Positions 39,172 through 49,369 of a stretch of 64,000 bases of DNA are shown in pieces. A program made the translations under genes and the position numbers. The notes beneath the pieces were generated by a model. That model was not told where the DNA came from. It was given only the letters and a program-made list of their open reading frames with translations, and made no database searches. Source of the DNA: an uncultured Acidobacteriota bacterium (lineage in GTDB: Bacteria; Acidobacteriota; Vicinamibacteria; Vicinamibacterales; UBA823); NCBI GenBank assembly GCA_913052135.1, contig CAJXDY010000005.1, forward strand, positions 7,696-71,695, in the 5' to 3' direction. Numbering within the stretch: position 1 is the first letter of the stretch; each line of letters opens with the position of its first letter.

Positions 39172-41583
39172 TTAGACCGCAGCAAGCTCTTCACTTCTGA
39201 TGTAATCACACTCGTCGTTGTCGCAAAACACTTGACGGCCGTGACGCTTCGTGGTTTTTTCAACAAGGTACTCACGCTTGCACTTCGGGCAGGCTTCGGC
39301 GAGAGGTCGCTTCCACAGCGTGAAGTCGCACTCAGGATAATTACTACAGCCGAAGAATGGAATATTTCGGCGCGTCTTGCGTTCAACTATATCCCCGCCA
39401 TCTTTTGGACAACTCACACCAGTGCTTTTGAGTTTCACATACTTACAAGTCGGATAGCTGCTGCATGCTGTAAATTCACCGAAACGACCCTGCTTAATAA
39501 CTAGTTGCGACTCACACTTCGGGCACTTTTCCTCGAGCAACTGATCAGGTTTCGCCGCGGAAAGACCCTCCTTGGTGGCAATAATCTTCCGGGTGGTTTT
39601 GCAATCGGGATAGCCCGAACACGCCAGAAACTGACCAAACCGGCCACGTTTCACAACCATTGGTTTGCCACAATTCTCGCAGTTTTCGGCCTCTTCATCC
39701 TGACTTGGCTCGGTAGTCTCTAATTCACGTGTATTCTCACAATCGGGGTACGCACTACAGGCGAGAAACATACCAAAACGACCGACCTTAATGATCATCG
39801 GGGCTTTACACTTGTCACAGGTTTCATCGCTCGGCAGGCCCTCAACTTTAATATTAGGCATAGCCTTCTCTGCCTGTTCGAGGTCCTTCTTGAATTTTTT
39901 GTAAAAGCTCGCAATCGTGCCTTGATAATCGGCTTCGCCAGCCTCAATCTTATCGAGGCTCTCTTCCAAAGCCTTGGTGTACTCGACGTCGAGAATGTCG
40001 TTAAAGCTCTTTAAGAGCAACTCCGTAACAAGCCGCCCAAGACGTGTTGGCTTAAATCGACCCTCGATCTTTGCGACGTACTCACGCATTTGCAGTACGC
40101 CAATGATCGCAGCATAGGTGCTTGGTCTCCCAATGCCGTTTTCTTCGAGTTCCTTGACCAGCATTGCTTCACTGAAACGGGATCTCGGCTGCGTAAATTT
40201 TTGCTCAGATCTCGTTGCTTTGAGAGACAGCGTGTCACCCTTATTCAATACTGGTAACAAGCCCTTGGTGTGTTCGTCGTCTTCGCGCGTGCCCTCTTGA
40301 TCTCCTGAACTGTCACTGTTGTCTTCCACGTCCTTTGAATATGCCGAGAGCCATCCTTTAAACTTGAGCACGGAACCTTTAATCCGAAACGTATAGATAC
40401 CAGCGTTGATATCCACCGTGGTGTCGTCAAAAATGGCTGGAAGCATCTGCGACGCCACAAATCGATTCCAGATAATGCGATATATGTAAAACTGCTCCTT
40501 CGTCAGGTGCGGTTTCACTCGATCTGGATGGTATTCCATCGAAGTCGGTCGGATCGCCTCATGCGCGTCTTGTGCGCCTTTTTTTGCGCGATAAATATTG
40601 GGCTTTGTTGGCAGGTATGCCTCACCGAAGGCACTCTGAATATGTTCACGCACATCCGTTAAGGCTTGATCTGATACCCGCGTCGAATCGGTGCGCATAT
40701 ACGTAATCAGGCCGACTGCATCTTCGCCAGGTAGCTCTATACCTTCGTAGAGTTGCTGCGCGATCATCATGGTCCGTTTTACTGGCATCTGCGAAGCTTG
40801 CTGCAACTTACTTGTAATGTACGGTGGAGCCGCCTGCTTTTTCCTAGCCTTAGTCCCGACGGTATCAACAACAAAAGATTCATTTGTAACTGCCTCAACA
40901 ATCGTCTTTGATTCAGCTTCATTGAGAACCTTGACGGTTTTACCGTTCTTCTTCTGTAGTTTTGCCTCAAATTCCGGTGGGACTGGACCAATAAGATTCG
41001 CAAAGATGTGCCAATACTCTTCAGGTTTGAATTGTTCAATCTCGTGCTCACGATCGCACACGAGTTTAAGCGCGATCGATTGAACGCGGCCAGCACTAAG
41101 ACCACGACGCACCTTGTCCCACAGTAAGGGACTCAGTTTGTACCCAACGAGGCGATCAAGAACACGCCGTGCTTGTTGTGCGTCCACCATCCGTTGATTG
41201 ATTTCTACCGGATGGTCAAGTGCATGCACTATCGCTTGTTTGGTGATTTCGTTGAACATCAAACGATGCACGGAACGCTTCTTGCCCCCAAGTTCAGCAG
41301 CTAAGTGCCAGCCGATCGCTTCACCTTCACGATCGGGATCCGTCGCCACATAAATGTCAGTAGCTACCTTTGCGGCTGCACGAAGCTCCTTGATCACTTT
41401 TTTTCGAGCCGGAATTGGCTCATAGACCGGTGTAAAACCTTCATCCACGTCCACGCCAAGTTTACTCTTCGGCAAGTCACGGATGTGTCCCATTGAAGCG
41501 ACGACCTTGTAACTCTTGCCTAGATACTTATTGATGGTCTTCGCCTTAGCCGGCGATTCCACCACCACGAGTTTTTTAGCCAT
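39172..41583 (-). CDS. topA: DNA topoisomerase I with multiple C-terminal Zn ribbons
   Basis: VVVESPAKAKTI, ATDPDREGEAI, SAGRVQS, ITYMRTDS (catalytic Tyr), GIGRPSTYA, about five C4 ribbons. Start placed at ATG 41583 (ORF track 41598). Confidence 0.98.
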   Translation of the reverse strand: MAKKLVVVESPAKAKTINKYLGKSYKVVASMGHIRDLPKSKLGVDVDEGFTPVYEPIPARKKVIKELRAAAKVATDIYVATDPDREGEAIGWHLAAELGGKKRSVHRLMFNEITKQAIVHALDHPVEINQRMVDAQQARRVLDRLVGYKLSPLLWDKVRRGLSAGRVQSIALKLVCDREHEIEQFKPEEYWHIFANLIGPVPPEFEAKLQKKNGKTVKVLNEAESKTIVEAVTNESFVVDTVGTKARKKQAAPPYITSKLQQASQMPVKRTMMIAQQLYEGIELPGEDAVGLITYMRTDSTRVSDQALTDVREHIQSAFGEAYLPTKPNIYRAKKGAQDAHEAIRPTSMEYHPDRVKPHLTKEQFYIYRIIWNRFVASQMLPAIFDDTTVDINAGIYTFRIKGSVLKFKGWLSAYSKDVEDNSDSSGDQEGTREDDEHTKGLLPVLNKGDTLSLKATRSEQKFTQPRSRFSEAMLVKELEENGIGRPSTYAAIIGVLQMREYVAKIEGRFKPTRLGRLVTELLLKSFNDILDVEYTKALEESLDKIEAGEADYQGTIASFYKKFKKDLEQAEKAMPNIKVEGLPSDETCDKCKAPMIIKVGRFGMFLACSAYPDCENTRELETTEPSQDEEAENCENCGKPMVVKRGRFGQFLACSGYPDCKTTRKIIATKEGLSAAKPDQLLEEKCPKCESQLVIKQGRFGEFTACSSYPTCKYVKLKSTGVSCPKDGGDIVERKTRRNIPFFGCSNYPECDFTLWKRPLAEACPKCKREYLVEKTTKRHGRQVFCDNDECDYIRSEELAAV

Positions 41584-41615
41584 AAGTCTTGTATTCACGA
41601 AAATCGGCGTAAAAG

Positions 41616-41720
41616 TTATGACACACCGACCACGTTTCCAGCAAATACGTTACCATTATCCAATCAGCAGAACGAAACCAGCCAGTTCAAGAAATTCCAG
41701 ACGCTATACTGCGTTTAAGG
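41616..41720 (-). pseudogene. Possible decayed dprA 3' remnant
   Basis: A minus-strand frame reads LNAV*RLEFLELAGFVLLIG*W*R, resembling the DprA C-terminal winged helix (LLELELAGLV...GG). It sits where dprA normally lies, immediately upstream of topA. Confidence 0.35.
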
Positions 41721-41979
41721 CCAAAAAATTAAGCAAAACCTTAATCTGATGCCACCCCAAATAAGTTTAATCCTTCCTCATAGCTATCGACCAGTTGCAC
41801 TAGAACCTTTGCTCTAATATTAAAAAATCAGGCAATTTCTCCAATATTAACAACTCTTCTAGAAAGCCTAGGACGATAAACCCAAGACTTCACGCTATTG
41901 ATCTGAGCTATAAGTGAAGGTATCCAGCAAAATCCATCACCTTCTTGGTGATAGATCACAGTTGAGCGAATAACCCTGC

Positions 41980-42008
41980 TTGCGCCAGCACGTGCCCATA
42001 GTTATAGT
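41980..42008 (+). promoter_or_regulatory. Sigma70-type promoter for the TPR/lipoprotein pair
   Basis: TTGCGC (41980-41985), 17 nt, TATAGT (42003-42008). Confidence 0.5.
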
Positions 42009-42077
42009 GAATCAGGGTGGTTATAGATAGAACTCACAATAAGTCATTAATCCACCAACAAATTATGTAAGAACTGC

Positions 42078-42458
42078 ATGTACCTAGTTCCCTCAAGGAA
42101 GGATTTCCCGTTGACGATAAGGCAGGGCATGCTGTCGGTAGGCTTCGTGCTGATACTTTGCACGTTAGACGTGCAGGCCGATGATCGCTCAGATGCTGAA
42201 CGACAGGTGGAATTTGGTATCACAGTGGCCGAGCGAGGACTATGGCGAGAAGCCACTTTTCGGTGGCAACGCGCTGTCGCCATCGATCCGACCTATGCGG
42301 CCGCATGGAATAACCTCGCCGTGGCACACGAACATGAAGGTGAGTTTGAATCAGCTCTTGAAGCTTATGAGCGTGCGCTAGCATTGGAACCAAACAACCT
42401 CTCGATCCAACAGAATTACGAACTGTTCAGGGAAATCAATGATCGCATTCAACCGTAA
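42078..42458 (+). CDS. Small secreted TPR protein
   Basis: Signal-like N-terminus, TPR motifs (WQRAVAIDPTYAAAWNNLAV; AYERALALEPNN). Confidence 0.85.
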   Translation: MYLVPSRKDFPLTIRQGMLSVGFVLILCTLDVQADDRSDAERQVEFGITVAERGLWREATFRWQRAVAIDPTYAAAWNNLAVAHEHEGEFESALEAYERALALEPNNLSIQQNYELFREINDRIQP

Positions 42459-43218
42459 GCTCCTACTTAGCCTTACACTTGTTTGGTTCACTAGTGGATG
42501 CGTCAAGTCGTCACTGTCAGAAGTGATGATCGAAACACCCATTAAACCAAAACTGGACGTGAGTTCATTTGAACGGGTGCTGGTGGCAGGCTTTGTGGCC
42601 GGTGGTAGCCAGGAACTTAATGCGAATCTCGAAATAGTCCGATTGCTCAGAAGTCAACTGCGCATCCAAGACACTATGCAGGTGGTAGACGCAAACACTC
42701 TCCTGCTTAACGAACTAATTGATCAACGGATTGAGACAACTCGACGGACTCTTGGGGAATCGACACCACTTTTACCGCCCGATGAGATCACTGAAGAACA
42801 AGATTTTATAGCTTACGAACGCGTATTTACTGATGTAGAATTTTGGCAACGCCTAGGTAGAGAACATCGGAATCCTCTCATCATCACTGGCACGGTCCTA
42901 TTTCGACCGCAAGCGCGCACGGGCTTCGTGACTAGAGAACAAGAAACCTATGACGCCTTCGGTCGCCGACAAGTGCAACCAACTAGAACCTACAGTGAGC
43001 GACAAGGATTTGTTTTAAGTCCAAAATTTATTTTCATAGACGGCCGAACAGGAGAAGTCATTTATACTGAGTCTCACCGAGAGGAAATTTTGTACGACTC
43101 GCAACAGAACACACCTCCCCTGTCAGGGTTTTTTGAGTTAATGGATCGTATAATTCCAACTTTTCTCAGTTCTATGAGCACTCAGACAATTCGTGGATCA
43201 CGAACATTGCTTAGATAA
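42439..43218 (+). CDS. Hypothetical lipoprotein
   Basis: Lipobox FTSGC; alpha/beta domain; overlaps the TPR gene. Confidence 0.7.
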   Translation: MIAFNRKLLLSLTLVWFTSGCVKSSLSEVMIETPIKPKLDVSSFERVLVAGFVAGGSQELNANLEIVRLLRSQLRIQDTMQVVDANTLLLNELIDQRIETTRRTLGESTPLLPPDEITEEQDFIAYERVFTDVEFWQRLGREHRNPLIITGTVLFRPQARTGFVTREQETYDAFGRRQVQPTRTYSERQGFVLSPKFIFIDGRTGEVIYTESHREEILYDSQQNTPPLSGFFELMDRIIPTFLSSMSTQTIRGSRTLLR

Positions 43219-43315
43219 TATTGAATGGCAGCAGCAAAACGCCGACAGATTGTAACAGGCAATTAGCAGCTATTTTCCAGAAATTGACCTTGAGTAAGTC
43301 GTATTCATGGCTGCG

Positions 43316-43344
43316 TTGCACCTGATTAAATTAGGTGTTAACCT
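43316..43344 (+). promoter_or_regulatory. Promoter for rplU-rpmA operon
   Basis: TTGCAC, 17 nt, TAACCT with an extended TG; a near-palindrome CACCTgattaaattAGGTG spans the spacer. Confidence 0.45.
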
Positions 43345-43417
43345 AATAGATTCATATAGTTGATTATGATGCGTCTAGAGAAAGCTTTGATAATTAGAGC
43401 GGTGAGGAGTAGCAAGC

Positions 43418-43735
43418 TTGTACGCAATTATTAAAAGTGGTGGTCGGCAACTTAAGGTGGCGCCTGGCAGCTTGGTTACAGTGGACCGGCTACCCGATGA
43501 GCCTGGCCAGGAAGTGAACTTCGATCGTGTACTGCTCGTCGAAAAAGACGGCGGTGAGATTGTGGCTGGAACCCCTTACGTTCCTAATGCGAGCGTATTA
43601 GGAATTGTTGATGCTGAAACCCAAGGGCCAAAAATTCGTGTGTTCAAGAAAAAGCGTCGTAAGGGATACCGGCGCACACAAGGGCATCGTAGTATCTTGA
43701 CGCGCATTCGAGTCAAGGACATCATCGTTAAATAA
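43418..43735 (+). CDS. rplU: 50S ribosomal protein L21 (TTG start)
   Basis: MYAIIKSGGRQLKV...FKKKRRKGYRRTQGHR; GAGGAG RBS. Confidence 0.97.
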   Translation: MYAIIKSGGRQLKVAPGSLVTVDRLPDEPGQEVNFDRVLLVEKDGGEIVAGTPYVPNASVLGIVDAETQGPKIRVFKKKRRKGYRRTQGHRSILTRIRVKDIIVK

Positions 43736-43768
43736 ACGTTCCGATGGGGCCTTGGAACCAGATTAGTC

Positions 43769-44029
43769 ATGGCACATAAAAAAGGACAGGGAAGCTCTCG
43801 GAACGGTCGTGACAGCAACGCACAGCGTCTTGGTGTGAAGCGATTCGATGGGAATATCGTGACTGGTGGCTCCATTCTTGTTCGGCAGCGGGGACGCCGA
43901 TTCAGGCCGGGGCTGAATGTCGGCGTTGGAAAGGATGATACGATCTTCGCCAAGATTGATGGTCGTGTTCGCTTCCAAGATCACGGTCGGCGGGGTCGGG
44001 TCATTAGCGTGCTTCCTGCCGATTCCTGA
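43769..44029 (+). CDS. rpmA: 50S ribosomal protein L27
   Basis: [24 protein letters not shown]. Confidence 0.98.
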   Translation: MAHKKGQGSSRNGRDSNAQRLGVKRFDGNIVTGGSILVRQRGRRFRPGLNVGVGKDDTIFAKIDGRVRFQDHGRRGRVISVLPADS

Positions 44030-44073
44030 TTGACGAAAAGCATCCGTATCATTCGGTTATGATCCTAGGTTAA

Positions 44074-45123
<1,050 letters not shown>

Positions 45124-45127
45124 TTTT

Positions 45128-45823
45128 ATGAACGATCAAACTAGAGTCGGTATTTTTGGCGGCACTTTCGATCCAATTCATTTTGGACACTTACAGGTGG
45201 CCGCCATTGCACAAAGGGCCTTGCATTTGCATGATCTTCTGTTTCTACCATCCCACATACCTCTACACCGAGGCTCCCCCCCCGTTGCAAATCGTGAGCA
45301 TCGTCTAGCAATGATCAAATTGGCGTTGCAAAATCGAGCTGGTTTCCATGTATCGGAACTGGAATTGAGTTCACGAGAACCCTCCTACACTTCCAACACG
45401 CTGCGGCGACTCGCCAACCAAGGTTATACGTCCCAGCAACTGTTTTTTGTCATTGGAGCAGACGCATTCTCAGAAATCTCCACGTGGCGAGGTTATCCCG
45501 ATATTCTAGATCAAGCACATTTCATAGTGGTTTCCAGGTCTGGACATTCAGTCGTGGAAATCCTTCGTCGTGTCCCGGGCTTAGATGACCGGATCAAAGA
45601 AATCCCGGAAGCCCCCTCATTACCCGTGGACATAATACAAATGAAATTACAAAACCCGACGGTCTTTTTTGTCCAAGCTACGACTCCAAACATCTCGTCG
45701 AGCAGCCTGCGCCGTCAGATGGAGATCGGTGAATCCGTGGAGGGACTTATTCCCCCTGAAGTCTTGAACTACATCCGTCAACAAGACTTGTACGTATCAT
45801 CATCTGGAAAAAGACAGTTTTAA
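45128..45823 (+). CDS. nadD: Nicotinate-nucleotide adenylyltransferase
   Basis: GGTFDPIHFGH, IGAD, ISSSSLR. Confidence 0.95.
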   Translation: MNDQTRVGIFGGTFDPIHFGHLQVAAIAQRALHLHDLLFLPSHIPLHRGSPPVANREHRLAMIKLALQNRAGFHVSELELSSREPSYTSNTLRRLANQGYTSQQLFFVIGADAFSEISTWRGYPDILDQAHFIVVSRSGHSVVEILRRVPGLDDRIKEIPEAPSLPVDIIQMKLQNPTVFFVQATTPNISSSSLRRQMEIGESVEGLIPPEVLNYIRQQDLYVSSSGKRQF

Positions 45824-46221
45824 TGCCCACTAAACAAAACGAACCGTTCATCACTAACGCGACAACTCACCTGCCGGAATCAGTTAGACGAGCTGTCAAG
45901 GCGATGCATGACAAGAAAGGTACTGACGTAGTGATCCTTGATTTTCGCGGGACTGAAGTCTTCACGGATTTCTTCGTCATGTGTTCTGGACAACACGTCA
46001 GACAAGTCAAAGCGATTGCAGACAGCGTCGCTGCACACATGCGGACACAGGCCATTAAACCAACGCATATCGAAGGTTACAATCGTGCAGACTGGGTATT
46101 AATGGACTTTTTTGATTTTGTAGTGCACATTTTTACCCCAGAAACTCGGTCCTTCTATTCATTGGAACGCTTATGGGCTAGCGGGAAACGTCTATATGTC
46201 GACAATGATAAGGCTGGATGA
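45823..46221 (+). CDS. rsfS: Ribosome silencing factor RsfS (Iojap)
   Basis: DKKGTDVVILD, WVLMD, VVHIF...RSFYSLERLW. Confidence 0.95.
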   Translation: MPTKQNEPFITNATTHLPESVRRAVKAMHDKKGTDVVILDFRGTEVFTDFFVMCSGQHVRQVKAIADSVAAHMRTQAIKPTHIEGYNRADWVLMDFFDFVVHIFTPETRSFYSLERLWASGKRLYVDNDKAG

Positions 46222-46224
46222 CGA

Positions 46225-46854
46225 TTAGGAATCCTCGGCATGCACTTCGGAGTTACCCGTACTCAAGAGAGACGCAAGTCGTAACGCGACAGACGAAAAA
46301 ACTTCCTCGGCAACATCTTCCTTAGATTGCTCACCATCCACACGTACCCACGTCTCTTGTAATTGCTCAAGATAGCTCTTGCGAACTCGATTAAGTAAAG
46401 CTAGGTCGCGCTCGTACCGATCGCGACCAACTGCCTTCCGCCGAGCTGCAGTCTCAGGCATGATGTCCAGAAGCACTGTCAGATTTGGCTCCGGTAAGAA
46501 GCGCTGAATATCAGTCAACCATGCAGGATCCAGGTCTTGTGCTGTACCATAAGCAATGCTAGACGCCACATACCGATCACAGATGATTACAAGGCCGCCA
46601 GCCAACCATCGCTCGAGGTCGCTCCGACGCTCATATCTATTGGCGACGTAGAGCAATTGCATCACATCACTAGGGTAATCTCGCTCACCCTGCAGTACCC
46701 TAGCGATCTCCTCACCAATAGAGGTCCCGTAGTCTGGAAAGGAAACAACTCGTGATTTATTACCATTTTGTCGTAATCGGTCACGCAGCAGTTGTGCCTG
46801 AGTCTCTTTTCCACTTTGATCGAGCCCTTCGAACGCTATTAAAACTCCTGCCAT
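46225..46854 (-). CDS. tmk: Thymidylate kinase
   Basis: FEGLDQSGKETQ P-loop, DRYVASSIAY; AGGA RBS before ATG 46854 (ORF track 46872). Confidence 0.93.
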   Translation of the reverse strand: MAGVLIAFEGLDQSGKETQAQLLRDRLRQNGNKSRVVSFPDYGTSIGEEIARVLQGERDYPSDVMQLLYVANRYERRSDLERWLAGGLVIICDRYVASSIAYGTAQDLDPAWLTDIQRFLPEPNLTVLLDIMPETAARRKAVGRDRYERDLALLNRVRKSYLEQLQETWVRVDGEQSKEDVAEEVFSSVALRLASLLSTGNSEVHAEDS

Positions 46855-46862
46855 GTGTGCTC

Positions 46863-48119
46863 CTATAAACAATGGAACTCGTCAGTCAGCATTCCCTCAA
46901 GTGACTCACGGGATTTAATGAGTCGCCATTGTTCACCTTCGACCAGTACTTCAGCTGGCCGAGGTCGACGATTGTAATTCGATGACATCGTGGAACCGTA
47001 AGCACCTGCATCAAGAATTCCAATGACATCTCCAACTTCCAACGGCGGTAAACAATGATCCGTGCCGAAAGAATCACTGCTCTCGCAAAGCGGTCCAACA
47101 ACATCATACATAGTACTTGACCCACTCCTGGCGACTGCCGGTATTAGGCGATGCCGAGCACCATACAGTGCTGGACGCATAAATTCACTCATGCCAGCAT
47201 CGAGAACAGCAAAAAACCTGTCAGTTGACTGTTTCTTTATATCAACCACGCGTGAGATTAACGCGCCAGCAGGGCCCACAAGCCAGCGTCCTGGCTCAAG
47301 CAACATCGTTAAATTAGAACCGTGAAATTCGTCTATTAACATCGTTACATAGTCAGTAATTTCGACTACTTTTGATCCATCATGTGAAATTCCTAGTCCG
47401 CCACCAACATCTACATGTTCCAAGACAATACCAGACTGGGCGAGCTCCTGAGCTAAGCCGATTAGCATGCGTGTCGCTTGACGAATTGGTTCGATTATTA
47501 CAATCTGAGAACCGATATGCGCATGGACACCGACGAGCTTCAATTCTTCTCTTCTAGCTGCTTCACGATAAATCGTTAAGGCATCTTCAATTGGAACGCC
47601 AAACTTAGCGCGTTGGATACCAGTCGAAATATGAGGGTGACTGAGAGCGTCGATACCAGGATTGACCCGAACAGATACATTGGCTATTAGTTTATGCGCG
47701 CGTGCTATCTCCTGAATCCGTGCCAATTCCCCAGGCGACTCTACATTGATTGTCTTAACACCGAGAGAAACAGCCTTGAGCAGTTCATCCGTTGTTTTGC
47801 CAACACCCGTGAATACAATTTCCTGTGGCGTGTATCCAGCCCGTAAAGCCACTTCCATCTCGCCACCTGAATTGACATCAACAGAGGCCCCTAAGCCGCG
47901 AAGCAATTTCACGATGCCGAGTGTTGAGTTTGCTTTCAAAGCGTAATGCACAGCATGCGGGTATCTTGACAATGAGCGAGTTAGCTCAAGGTACCGACGA
48001 CTGATTTCGTTAGCGCTGTAGACGTATGAAGGCGTCCCAACTGCATCGGCAAGATCGACTAATCGCACGCCGTCACAACTCAAGATGCCTTGATAATCAT
48101 GAAATCCGGTCATAATCAA
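46863..48119 (-). CDS. lysA: Diaminopimelate decarboxylase
   Basis: YALKANS (PLP Lys), HPHISTG, HAHIGSQ, DVGGGLG, EPGR, GPLCESSD, AGAYG...MSSNYN. Confidence 0.95.
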   Translation of the reverse strand: MIMTGFHDYQGILSCDGVRLVDLADAVGTPSYVYSANEISRRYLELTRSLSRYPHAVHYALKANSTLGIVKLLRGLGASVDVNSGGEMEVALRAGYTPQEIVFTGVGKTTDELLKAVSLGVKTINVESPGELARIQEIARAHKLIANVSVRVNPGIDALSHPHISTGIQRAKFGVPIEDALTIYREAARREELKLVGVHAHIGSQIVIIEPIRQATRMLIGLAQELAQSGIVLEHVDVGGGLGISHDGSKVVEITDYVTMLIDEFHGSNLTMLLEPGRWLVGPAGALISRVVDIKKQSTDRFFAVLDAGMSEFMRPALYGARHRLIPAVARSGSSTMYDVVGPLCESSDSFGTDHCLPPLEVGDVIGILDAGAYGSTMSSNYNRRPRPAEVLVEGEQWRLIKSRESLEGMLTDEFHCL

Positions 48120-48308
48120 CAGCTGTATATTATGAAAACGCCTACCATCTGGAACAGTCGATCACGGCTGACAAACTAGCGCTTCGCCGCACAACCCCAA
48201 GATTACTAGGATCTAAGGTTGAAATTGGCCAAAGAGGAGATCAATAGATTCGAGAACCGCAGGTTGACTGTTCAATAAATCGTATCCTGCGAAGAAAGTG
48301 GACAACGG

Positions 48309-49238
48309 TTAACTGGTAATTTGAACAGGTCGCTTGGCAGGAAGCGCCATAGGATCCGCAATAAGTGTTTGGTCCGCTGGGGCTTCATCGATTTGCCAAG
48401 AGTTAACATCTTCAAGGACTTTCGCAGCGAAATCTGTATGGAGTTTGTGTCCACCACGATGTGCTACCACATGTCCGATAATAGGATAGCCAAGCAACAC
48501 TAGGTCGCCAACCACGTCAAGAATTTTATGCCGAACAAACTCATCTTCATAGCGAAGCACGCTGTTCAAGACACCTGTTTCACCAAGGACAACAGCATTA
48601 TCAAGTGATCCTCCGAGGGCCAGTCCTTTACGTCGCAGCATCTCGACTTCCTTCAGAAAGCCGAAGGTGCGTGCTGGTGCAATTTGATCGATGAAGGCTG
48701 TTTCATCTAGTAGGATCGTCCGAGACTGATGACGTAATAACGGATGATCGAAACTGATGCTGTAGGTCACCTTAAACTGCTCTGCAGGGTACAAAGCGAT
48801 CCGCTTGTCTCCCTGGTCCAAGGAGATCGCTCGCAAAACCCTTAGGTAATGTCTTGGCATGCCGAGTTGTTTTATTCCAGCTTCCTGAATCAAATAGACG
48901 AACGGCGAAGCGCTGCCATCCATGATCGGGACCTCTGGAGAGTTCAACTCAACCACGACGTTATCAACACCAAGACTCACCAGAGCAGCAAGCAAGTGTT
49001 CGACGGTGTCGACTGAAGCGGCATCACGCGAGAGACCCGTCGCATAACCCGTCTCATAGCGGAGGCTCGATAAATTATCAACAGTGGCAGGTATTTCTAG
49101 GCCACCAAGATCGAGACGGTGAAAACGAATACCGTAATCGGCTGGGGCCGGTTTGAGTGACAACGTAACCTTATTGCCGGAGTGCAGGCCAATGCCGGCG
49201 CAAGAAACAGCTCGTCGTAAAGTTCGTTGTGCGTTCAT
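48309..49238 (-). CDS. lpxC: UDP-3-O-acyl-N-acetylglucosamine deacetylase
   Basis: GIGLHSG, TVEHLLAAL, EVPIMDGS, ARTFGF, RHKILD, GGH. Start placed at ATG 49238 (ORF track 49256). Confidence 0.97.
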   Translation of the reverse strand: MNAQRTLRRAVSCAGIGLHSGNKVTLSLKPAPADYGIRFHRLDLGGLEIPATVDNLSSLRYETGYATGLSRDAASVDTVEHLLAALVSLGVDNVVVELNSPEVPIMDGSASPFVYLIQEAGIKQLGMPRHYLRVLRAISLDQGDKRIALYPAEQFKVTYSISFDHPLLRHQSRTILLDETAFIDQIAPARTFGFLKEVEMLRRKGLALGGSLDNAVVLGETGVLNSVLRYEDEFVRHKILDVVGDLVLLGYPIIGHVVAHRGGHKLHTDFAAKVLEDVNSWQIDEAPADQTLIADPMALPAKRPVQITS

Positions 49239-49369
49239 ATATTCCCAGCTAATCACTATATTGCTTTTACCAATCTACTGCCATGTATTGTGATTCTTTT
49301 AGAATTATCGGTCAAGATAGGGGAGCAGGCTAGAGCACCGTTGGCTATTTTTTGAGCGCTAATCACACA

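Noticed and set aside
48120-48308. Lysine riboswitch upstream of lysA
   Set aside because: No recognisable L-box motifs; a -10 element sits immediately before the start.
49257-49290. Sigma54 promoter upstream of lpxC (TGGCAGtagaTTGGT)
   Set aside because: The conserved -12 GC is absent at the required spacing.
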